From NCBI GenBank assembly GCA_964016885.1, contig OZ024742.1, forward strand, positions 197,284,001 to 197,348,000: a stretch of DNA of 64,000 nt. The letters run 5' to 3'. Below the pieces are notes generated by a model. It saw only the letters and a list, made by a program, of their open reading frames with translations. It did not search any database and had not been told where the DNA came from. The position numbers were made by a program, and so were the translations under genes. Source of the DNA: Eledone cirrhosa. Taxonomy: Eukaryota. Numbering within the stretch: position 1 is the stretch's first letter; the number at the start of each line of letters is the position of its first letter. Of this stretch, positions 53,506 to 64,000 are shown in pieces.

Positions 53506-55310
53506 ATGGATGCCATTTCCACCTCGCACACTGTCGTGAGTGCCACACCCACTAAGAAAAGTGGTGGAGGGAAGGTAGGAGTACAAAGCTTGCAGCCTTC
53601 CCCCCCTCGCATCATCGAAAAACGTGAAAAATATCGAAACTACGAAACCAAACCCGGTAAATAATACCAGCACCAACAACAACAACAATGACAATAACAC
53701 CACAACCAACAACTGCAACAATAGCAACACCAAGGAAAACATGAACAATATTACCAACAGTGACAGTAACAAAAAAGACAACAACACCAAAACAACATTC
53801 GCACAGACTATAAAAAAAAACGAACTATACACGCCAATAGAGATAACAAATGCTAAACAACTATTACAAGACGCAAAACAATTCGTGACTTTTGGCGAAA
53901 ACGGTGCTTTTAGCATCAATTCTCCACAGGAATTACGTAGAGAGGCTGTCCTGAAAACCACAGTTTTCAGGACAATATCGAACGAAACAAGAAAACCAGC
54001 TCAATTATCACAAAATGAAATTGAGCTGGTTCTAAAAGATGCAATGAAGGACTTAACCTTCATACCAAAAGGTAAACTGTTTGGTAGCATTTCGGTGCTA
54101 ATGAACAACCAGTCAACAGCTCAAAAGTACTCGGTATCACCGATTGTGTCCCCCCGCTTCACCTTTTTCCCCACATACAGGGGAAAAAGGACACAAAGAA
54201 TAAAAATAATGAGTATCACACCAAATGTAAATATTTGGTGGATACTATGTGGAATCATTAACTTTGACGAAGACAAGATAATTTCAATAGGAAAGTCCTC
54301 CGGAGGTGTATTTGGTGGGACCACCGTAGAAGTTCTGGTGCAAATGAGCCCAGAACGAATAGCGAATATCCCACAACGCGTGCCTCTGGACGGGCTAACT
54401 TATATAAACATTTCAGTGGAGAGAAGGCGGCCGTCATGTTACCACTGCTTAAGCAGGGGTCACCCGAGGGCTTCCTGTCCTCAGTTAACGAGTAAAAAAA
54501 AAAGGCTCTTCTGCCAACCCCGAACACAACAACACAACCACCACCACCACCACCACAACAACAACAACAACAACCACAACAACACGGAAAAATAACAACA
54601 CAAAACACTGTTCCACCCAACCCCTCCCCACCTAAAACAAATACAAAAGTAACCACAACAAAACCCCAAAATATACCCCTCCCCAACAACACGGAAGAGG
54701 ACTCCGTATCAACGTCACCCAGTGACGACGAGGGAGAACCCTTTCAACAGGTGAAAAGGAAAAAAAAAAGGCACCACATTAACAAAAATGCCACAAACAC
54801 ACAACCACCAGCACAATCAGAACAACCATCACAAATAAAAAACCCACCCCTCCCCAAAACATAATACGTACTACAAAACGCAAACACGCACAAGAACAAC
54901 AAACAAAAACAAACACAACACAACAAAAACTCTATACATACATTAACAAGAACAATAAAACGTTGATGAAAGCGATAGAAAATAACCCTTCGGTGGAAAC
55001 CGAAGGGATCACTTTCACCTACGCAGCGAACAAACCGCACCTAATGATGATTAGGGTCCCAACGGAAACCTATGTAACTTTGAAAAAGAACCATCCAATG
55101 CATGTGGGGACCAACTGCACCAAACCACATAACAGCGTCCTATTGAGATGTTTCCCCACCCCCACACCAGACACCCACACCCCACCAAACACCCTAATCC
55201 CACCACACACTGATGTCCTCACCCCACCACAAACCACCACCCCACCAAACAACCCTTCCAACACCCCCATGGAAATTGTGCAGCCTGGTCCCCAGGAGAC
55301 GAAGAGGTAA
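53506..55310 (+). pseudogene. Tx1 ORF1 (gag-like nucleic-acid-binding protein), frameshifted
   Basis: ATG at 53506; zinc knuckle CYHCLSRGHPRASC; low-complexity N/T/P segments; several frameshifts. Confidence 0.75.
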
Positions 55311-55352
55311 GTAATTTCCTTTCCTCTTCCTTTTTACCTCTTCAGCACCAAC

Positions 55353-58300
55353 ATGGCCAATATAAGAGTTGGATGTGTGAATGCACGCGGCTTGGGGATG
55401 TCCTGGAAACAAGGCAAACTCTTAAATGACCTCAGGTCGCACAGAGTGGATGTAATGGTTATTTGCGAGTCCAGGATCAGCAGCGAGCGCCAACTGGCCC
55501 CCATCTTCGACGACTTTGAGATCTACGCATCTCTCTGTCAGCCGAGGGGTGGGGGTGGGGTTGTCGTTCTGCTGCGAAAATACCTGGGTCTTGCAACACA
55601 GAAGGTACACCTGGACCCGGAGGGTCGACTGGTGGTTTTAGACGTCGGCAGTGGTGAAGGTGGAGCTTTCAGGCTGGTGGCAGCGTATGCCCCATCTGGC
55701 ACACCGCGACCGGACTTCTTCCGACGCCTGGAGAATTTCCTGGGAACGTCTCGCTCCTTGCTTTTAGTGGGGGACTGGAATGGTATCCTGGATGCATGTT
55801 GGGACTATGTAGGGGTATGTCACGATAGAGGGGGGTGTAACAGCCTCAAACGATTAATCGGCCGATTTGATCTGGCCGATAGATATCGACTAGATTTTCC
55901 GACTGTGCCACGGTGGACGTGGAGTAATCGCAGCGGAACATCTAGGTCGTACCTAGATAGGTTCCTAGTTAGAAATAAGGATATTTCGACATATTAAGCT
56001 GTCCACGAATGTTCATGGTTGACTCTTCGGATCACAAGTTGGCGACCGGAGTGGTCAACCTTGATAGAACTCATAGACAGGGACCCGGTTACTGGAAGCT
56101 AAACTTGTCTTTACCGACAAACAAAGCTTACAGTAAGCGGATTAGCACACTAGTTAAGCAGCGTTTGACGGGGTCAATTGTCAACAACAGGTGGTGGGGC
56201 TCTCTCAAGAGAGAAATTAGAATAGAATCGATAGGTTTTAGTCGGGAATTAGCATCAGATAGGAATAGAACTGAAAGGGAATTAACAAATAGAGTAGAAG
56301 AGGATATTAGGAGTGGCAACGTGGCCGGCGTGCTGGCGTCAAGAACGGCCCTAGACCAGTTCTTTGATGCGAAGCACGAGGGCTGCGTTGTCAGGAGTAA
56401 AATACGTGCTCTGGGTAACGAGGGAGCCAAAGCTGTTAGATGGGCCCGAGTGACAGAGGCAAAAAGTGGAAACAAGTCCACGATTCGGTCTTTGAAGGAC
56501 CAGGATGGACGCGTGATCCTTGAACCTGAGCGGATGAGCACGGCCTTTCAACGGCGTTTGCACGACTGTTCGGGAGGGGCGGCGGGCCGGGTGGGGCCAT
56601 GGATTTCGGTCCATACCTCGACGGTCTGGCGCGGCTCTCGGACGAGGAAGCGAAGTCCTGCGAGAGGCCGATTTCAGCCGCTGAAATAGGGGAAGCGCTG
56701 AGCCAATGCGGCAAACGCAAATCTCCGGGTCTCGATGGTCTACCATACGAACTTTATGTAGCAATGCCGGGCTTGTTCTCCGGTCTCCTCGAGGCGGTCA
56801 ACTGCAACTGGCAACAGAACGGGAGAATTCCCAGTTCTGTGACCAAGGGCGTAGTCACGCTGGTGAGGAAGGACGAGAACAAGGGGGAAGAAATAGATAA
56901 CTTCCGGCCCATAACTCTGCTAAACACAGAGTTACAAATTTTGGCCAAGGTGTTAGCGAAGAGGTTGGCGCTTGTCGTCGGGAACCTGGTGGGAGAAGCG
57001 CAGACATGCGCAATCCCGTCCAGGTCCATACACGACAACCTCCACCTCATGCGATACATCGTAGAGAGGGTAGGGAACGAACCCGGCTTTGGTGGGGCCC
57101 TGATCAACTTGGATCAATCTAAGGCGTTCGATAGGGTTGACCATCGGTAGCTGGATGCGGTGCACCCGTTTTCAGGGGCTGGATTGCTGCAATGCACAGC
57201 AGCAACACCTGCTCGAGGGTCAAGGTGAACGGTTACCTCTCGGAGCCGTTCCAAATCACGCGATCCATTCGACAGGGATGCCCTCTCTCCTCCCTCCTGT
57301 ATGTGCTGGCTCTCGAGTCACTACTGCGGAAGCTGGAGCTGTTGCAGGGCATCCCCTTGGAACCGGGATTGCGGAAAGCGGTGTCGGCCTACGCCGATGA
57401 CGTGACAGTAATGGTGTCGTGCGCCTCGGAAATCGGGCAGATCGGCACCTTACTGGAGGAATATGAAAGGTTCACATGAGCCAAGCTGAACCGGGACAAG
57501 TCCGTCGGTTTGCAACTCGGGACGTGGAGGGGCAAAACGATGCCCTCCGACGGCATCGTCGGACGCTGGACCGAGGGACCGGTGAAGCTGCTCGGGGTTC
57601 GGATCGGACCTCCAGGTGGAGAAAAACTGGGGCGAGGTAACGGGCAAGGTGTTTGCACTCGCCCAGAAGTGGGCCGAGTGCAAACCATCCCTGAAAGGTC
57701 GAGCGGAGGTGGCGAACGCTTATATAGCGTCTGTCATCTACTACCGCTTGATCGTCGTGCCTTGCCCAGAGAAAACACTCGCCAAAATGGAGCGCGCGCT
57801 CTTCCGATTTCTTTGGAAGAAGCGGGCTCCTTTGGTGAGAAGATCCATCTGCTGTCAACACCCTTCGAACGGAGGGCTGGGGATGCCGTGGCTGACGATG
57901 CGTAGACACGCATTAAGGCTACGGCACCTCTACGTATTCCTCACCGGTCAGCCGGTGTCGGCCCTGTTTGTGAGGCGAGCCTTTCCGAGACTCGTCTCAC
58001 TCACTGAGCTGCAATCCTGGGTCAAGCAAAGACCGAGAAAAATGGGCGACTGGCACATTGAATGTGCCCAGGCGCTCACGGCCCTCTGGCAAGCGGATCC
58101 GGCAATCAGTGGAGACTCAACCTCAACATTCTATAGAGGGTTGGTGCGCAGTAAGTGCGACGACGCTCTCGGAGAGGCTCTGGGCATGGAGAAAGACGAG
58201 CTGGCCAGTCTGTTCGGTAGGACGTTTGGCCCGGGACCGATGGACAACTTCCAAAAGTCCCTGGCTTGGCAATGTTACCGAGGAGTTCTACCCGTTCGGG

Positions 58301-58902
58301 ACAAGCTCTACCGACACGGGCGCCCGGGTAGGGACCCCTCGAAGAAGATCTGTCCAAGATGCGTGCGTGACGAGGAAGCCGTCGCACACGCATTCGTACA
58401 CTGCCCGGGCGTTTCTGACCTGTGGGGCTATGTAGAACGAATTACTGTCGCGGGTGGGACCAATCCGGTTGACCACCGAGAACATTGTCCCGATCAAACC
58501 GCCTCCCCTTTCAAAAACGAAGGAGAGGCGGTTTTCCTCTGTGTGATAGCCATGGCGAAAGAAGTTGTATTGTGGACAAGGTTGAAAGGGCTGAGGTCAG
58601 ACACCTTTCTCTCCGGCCAACAACTGGTCTTTTTTTTCAAGTACCACTTTAGAAGAAGGATCAGAATGGAGAGAGAGGTGCTCTACCCCAGCAAGTTTTA
58701 TGAAAGATGGGTGAAAGTAGCGAGAATGGCCCGAGTGAATGGGCCTTCTCTCTATATCAGCCTGTATGTGAGAGAGGAGAAGAATGAGAAGAGGAAGGAA
58801 GCACCCGCTCTTTGTGCTCCTGAAGAGGAGGGTTGCACATTTTTTCGGGGGTGTGTGCGACCCATGTCAACGCCCCTCCCTATTGAGGACATCGATTGTT
58901 AA
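55353..58902 (+). pseudogene. Tx1 ORF2: APE endonuclease + reverse transcriptase + C-terminal zinc finger, with stops and frameshifts
   Basis: NARGL, GDWN, SYLDRFL, SDH, GPGYWKLN, KSPGLDGLPYE, NFRPITLLN, DQSKAFDRVDH, RQGCPLS, YADD, GGLGMP, CPRC..HAF..CP. Confidence 0.93.
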
Positions 58903-59008
58903 ATTTAATTTGTTATATGTTTTTTACACGTCTTTTTAAATGTATGTAAACTTCCCCCTTTGTATTTGTCCCAATCTTTGATTCCCTGGTGGCAAATAAA
59001 TAGAAATA

Positions 59009-59376
59009 TATATCAATTATCTCCAAACTATCCCCTCTCTATATCTACCATACCACACTCTCTCTCATTCTCGCTCACTCTCCCCATCACTAACAAACTC
59101 TCCCCCTCTCTCTATTTATCAATACCTATCTCTACCAATCGTTTCACTCTATTCATTACCACAAAACTCTCCCTCTCTCATACAACACTCTCTCCCAATT
59201 AACACCAAACTGTCCCCCCTCTATATCTACTATACGGTACTCTCTTCCATCCCCCTGTATATCAAATAGCATCAAACTTTCCTCCTCTCTATATCTACTA
59301 CACGGAACTCTCTTTCAATACCCCTCTCTTTATCAATAAACATCAATCTCTCCCCCACTCTATATCTAATATACAA
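59009..59376. repeat. Right part of the minisatellite interrupted by the Tx1 element
   Basis: Same CCCTCTCTATATCTAC units. Confidence 0.85.
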
Positions 59377-59380
59377 CACA

Positions 59381-59531
59381 CAGTGACATGTACAGGTACT
59401 TAAGTTTCATTTGGTTATTGACCCTTAATTCATTCAGCCTGTCATATTAATAAAGACCTTTATTTATTTGACAGGCTGAATGAGTTAGGATCAATAACCC
59501 AACGGAACTTAAGTACCTGTACATCTCACTG
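59381..59531. mobile_element. Fold-back / MITE-like imperfect palindrome with CAGTG termini
   Basis: CAGTGACATGTACAGGTACTTAAGTT ... AACTTAAGTACCTGTACATCTCACTG. Confidence 0.7.
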
Positions 59532-59834
59532 TTGTAACTAATTGACTGAATGCCTTGGATTTTTATACCAATTTTGTATAACAGTATATATATATTTAGC
59601 CCACTCCCTTCCACATAAAATTGGCTCAGAAATGTTACCTGTTAATCATTTCTTTTGGCTGTCTGAAGAAATCACGATATTTATAGTCATTGAAATATGT
59701 ATAACGGCTCAATTAATAAAGGATTTCTAACATCTTCAACTTCGCATTTTCATCTTTATTAATATACTCCGTCATCCTTGTTTTTATGATTTGAGTGCTA
59801 GAAGTGAATTGCAACCTTGTATACCGAATGTGTG

Positions 59835-59951
<117 letters not shown>

Positions 59952-60036
59952 AAAAGGTAAACAGAGATAACAACACAATCGATACAGTATATGGAATGAA
60001 TATATTAGATTAACGTTTGAAATAGCAGGAAGAGGG

Positions 60037-60072
60037 TCTTAACGTTTCAAACGCTAGTCCTTTATCAGGAGA
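60037..60072 (-). ncRNA. Degenerate hammerhead, same family as 10582
   Basis: Reverse complement: TCTC-CTGATAA-AGGACTAGCGTTT-GAAA-CGTT-AAGA. Confidence 0.45.
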
Positions 60073-60181
60073 AAGAATGAGAAATAAGATAGATTGAAGG
60101 GACGAGCAGGGTGGAATTGGAAAAAATGTCTTTAGATAAAAATAACAGGTCCATTCATGTTGGAAAATCTAAAGTCTGTCT

Positions 60182-60408
60182 TAGGCCAGGTGGCTCATTT
60201 GGCCGGTGCTTATCCCGGTTTCATGGCGTGAAGTGACAGAGAGTACAAGACTTCCTCCTGGAGAAGACGCCGGCTATGGCTGGTACTCATTTTCAGCTGA
60301 GTATACTGGAGCAACGTGAAATGAAGTGTTTTGCTCAAGAACACAACACTCGACCCCGGAAGCGAACCCGTGACATTATAATCGTAAGTCCAACACATTT
60401 ACCACTAA

Positions 60409-60410
<2 letters not shown>
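60182..60410 (-). mobile_element. MetaSINE-like SINE
   Basis: Reverse complement: GGTTAGTGGTAAA...GGTTCGCTTCC, GTGTTGTGTTCTTGAGCAAAACACTT, AAATGAGTACCAGC, GATAAGCACCGGCC...ATGAGCCACCTGGCCT. Confidence 0.7.
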
Positions 60411-60444
<34 letters not shown>

Positions 60445-61571
60445 GAAACAAATATTGTTATACTTGGGAAGTATAACAATATTTGTGTATGTATAAATAC
60501 ATACACAAGCACATTAACAACAAACACATATAAACACACACTAGTAAACTAAGATAGAATACAATAACCAATACACAGTCACCCAAACACGAACACACAT
60601 CAAACACTATACACACACGCAAACGCATACGCAGAGAAGACAAAATAATAATAAAAAAATAAATAAATAAATAAACAGACTAAATAAAGATGGCATAGGG
60701 AGGAAATATAATAGCACCACTGACGATGTTGCAGATGTGCAACGAAAGAACTTTGTTAGACTATATATATGTGTTTGTGTCTATATTATATCTGTATTTT
60801 TGACCGTTGGTCAGTCAATGGTAACATTGAGGACCGAATAAAACAATTAAATTAACCGATATAAAAGACACAGAAGAGAAAACCAACCAAACAGTGAGTG
60901 TGTTCTGTTATTAATTCTGGCAATATTATTACACAAATATGACCCTCCCCAAGTATAACAATATATATATATATATATTTTTAAAAAGACCGCGATAATA
61001 TTGCTTTTTGCTGAACTCCTTATTGTAGAGTTTTTTTCGGAATGTTTTTGACTGTTGTTTCATGTAAACAAACATTCGTCTCATTCTGACGTCACCAGCC
61101 CTGTTTTTCCACATGTGCGTTTTATTTTCATAATCACGCATGATGTTAAACTAGCCTGCTTTTAAATTCCCTTTTTGGCATATTAATTAGTGAGACCTTG
61201 GTTACCATGTTGAGCTCTGCTGATGAACGAAATCCAACCGTGACCATCCCCACTGAAAGTTTTCGTGAAATAGTCTTTTCAAGACTATACAGAGCATTTG
61301 AAGTTGTCCAAATTGAAGGATGAGTACTTTAGGCTTTGTTTTATCATGAGTTAAGGCTCTATTGATTTTTCCCTGGATTTCTCTAAATTCTGTTGGATAA
61401 ATCTATATCCTGATTCTTTTTGAATTGAGTTTGAATTATTTTTCCCATATCTTATGTTAACTATTTTCCCTTTTTGACGCTATAGTCACTTATATATTAT
61501 GGAATACTGTTAGCTTCTCGCGACAACAATTTCTTTACTTTTCATTTATATATATATATATATATATACAA

Positions 61572-61654
<83 letters not shown>

Positions 61655-61905
61655 AGGGAAAAGACAGTGAAAGCTACTGAAGAGTTGAGTTGGTGATGTA
61701 TACATATAGATAGCGCAGATGAGAGAGAAAATAAAAAGGAGAGGAATTATATCTTATTAGTAATGAAGCAAAGTCTGTGGGTGAGTTCAAATAATCAAAT
61801 TACAGGAACCCTTTCAGTTGTGTATGTGGTAACAGTTGATGGCAGCTGGTGGCTTACTTCACAGGTAACACCACCCTTTGCTTAAAATAGACGTGGAAGC
61901 CATGA

Positions 61906-64000
61906 GAAGAGAGAGTGTGTGTTGACGTGTATATAAGAGAGAGTGTATATTGACGTGTATATAAGAGAGGGTGTGTGTTGACGTGTATATAAAGAGATAG
62001 TGTATGTTGACGTGTGTATAAGAGAGGGTGTGTGTTGACGTGTATATAAGAGAGAGTGTATATTGACGTGTATATAAGAGAGAGTGTATGTTGACGTGTA
62101 TATAAGAGAGGGTGTGTGTTGACGTGTATATAAGAGAGAGTGTATATTGACGTGTATATAAGAGAGAGTGTATATTGACGTGTATATAAGAGAGAGTGTA
62201 TGTTGACGTGTATATAAGAGAGAGTGTATATTGACGTGTATATAAGAGAGAGTGTATGTTGACGTGTATATAAGAGAGAGTGTATATTGACGTGTATATA
62301 AGAGAGAGTGTATATTGACGTGTATATAAGAGAGAGTGTATGTTGACGTGTATATAAGAGAGAGTGTATGTTGACGTGTATATAAGAGAGGGTGTGTGTT
62401 GACGTGTATATAAGAGAGAGTGTATGTTGACGTGTATATAAAGAGAGAGTGTATGTTGACGTGTATATAAGAGAGAGTGTATGTTGACGGGTATATAAGA
62501 GAGGGTGTGTGTTGGCGTGTATATAAGAGAGGGTGTGTGTTGACGTGTATATAAGAGAGAGTGTATATTGACGTGTATATAAGAGAGAGTGTATGTTGAC
62601 GTGTATATAAGAGAGGGTGTGTGTTGACGTGTATATAAGAGAGAGTGTATATTGACGTGTATATAAGAGAGAGTGTATATTGACGTGTATATAAGAGAGA
62701 GTGTATGTTGACGTGTATATAAGAGAGAGTGTATATTGACGTGTATATAAAGAGATAGTGTATGTTGACGTGTATATAAGAGAGGGTGTGTGTTGACGTG
62801 TATATAAGAGAGAGTGTATATTGACGTGTATATAAGAGAGGGTGTGTGTTGACGTGTATATAAGAGAGGGTGTGTGTTGACGTGTATATAAGAGAGAGTG
62901 TATATTGACGTGTATATAAGAGAGGGTGTATGTTGACGTGTATATAAGAGAGAGTGTATATTGACGTGTATATAAGAGAGAGTGTATGTTGACGTGTATA
63001 TAAGAGAGAGTGTATGTTGACGTGTATATAAGAGAGGGTGTGTGTTGACGTGTATATAAAGAGAGAGTGTATGTTGACGTGTATATAAGAGAGAGTGTAT
63101 ATTGACGTGTATATAAGAGAGAGTGTATGTTGACGTGTATATAAAGAGAGGGTGTGTGTTGACGTGTATATAAGAGAGAGTGTATGTTGACGTGTATATA
63201 AGAGAGAGTGTATGTTGACGTGTATATAAGAGAGAGTGTATGTTGACGTGTATATAAGAGAGAGTGTATGTTGACGTGTATATAAGAGAGAGTGTATATT
63301 GACGTGTATATAAGAGAGGGTGTGTGTTGACGGGTATATAAGAGAGAGTGTATGTTGACGTGTATATAAGAGAGTGTATGTTGACGTGTATATAAGAGAG
63401 AGTGTATATTGACGTGTATATAAGAGAGAGTGTATGTTGACGTGTATATAAGAGAGGGTGTATGTTGACGTGTATATAAGAGAGGGTGTGTGTTGACGTG
63501 TATATAAGAGAGAGTGTATGTTGACGTGTATATAAGAGAGAGTGTATATTGACGTGTATATAAGAGAGAGTGTATATTGACGGGTATATAAGAGAGGGTG
63601 TGTGTTGGCGTGTATATAAGAGAGTGTATGTTGACGTGTATATAAGAGAGAGTGTATATTGACGTGTATATAAGAGAGAGTGTATGTTGACGTGTATATA
63701 AGAGAGGGTGTATGTTGACGTGTATATAAGAGAGGATGTGTGTTGACGTGTATATAAGAGAGAGTGTATGTTGACGTGTATATAAGAGAGGGTGTGTGTT
63801 GACGTGTATATAAGAGAGGGTGTGTGTTGACGGGTATATAAGAGAGAGTGTATGTTGACGTGTATATAAGAGAGTGTATGTTGACGTGTATATAAGAGAG
63901 AGTGTATATTGACGTGTATATAAGAGAGAGTGTATGTTGACGTGTATATAAGAGAGGGTGTATGTTGACGTGTATATAAGAGAGGGTGTGTGTTGACGTG
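61906..64000. repeat. 28-bp minisatellite TTGACGTGTATATAAGAGAGAGTGTATG (~75 copies, runs off the window)
   Basis: Direct reading; unit spacing 28 nt. Confidence 0.97.

Larger units (their letters stand above)
53306..59008 (+). mobile_element. Full-length L1/Tx1-clade non-LTR retrotransposon (decayed)
   Basis: ORF1 with CCHC knuckle, ORF2 APE-RT-zinc finger, AATAAA near 3' end, TSD TATATCAATTA at 53295-53305 and 59009-59019. Confidence 0.93.

Overview
AT-rich, repeat-dominated animal DNA. The SINE repertoire and (TA)n/(CA)n density suggest a mollusc, probably a cephalopod such as octopus (inference). No host protein-coding gene can be supported, and nearly all listed ORFs are simple-repeat artefacts. 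The window holds: (i) a ~4.6-kb inverted dimer of a Nematis-type Penelope-like retroelement (RT + GIY-YIG) with a U3-A8 hammerhead ribozyme at each outer end; (ii) a full-length, decayed 5.7-kb L1/Tx1-clade LINE with an 11-bp TSD; (iii) about ten minimal type I hammerhead motifs; (iv) more than 25 tRNA-derived Nin/Deu-domain SINE copies, a MetaSINE-like copy, RTE- and CRE-like LINE 3' fragments and MITEs; (v) kb-scale satellites; (vi) many fold-back palindromes. Three observations stand out. The Tx1 element has an ATG-free leader with a splice donor and strong acceptors just ahead of both the ORF1 and ORF2 start codons, which suggests splicing-controlled ORF choice. Hammerheads are dense and diverse, mostly without adjacent PLE ORFs. 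The (CCATA)n and (AAC/ACC)n arrays each start exactly at a retroposon 3' end.
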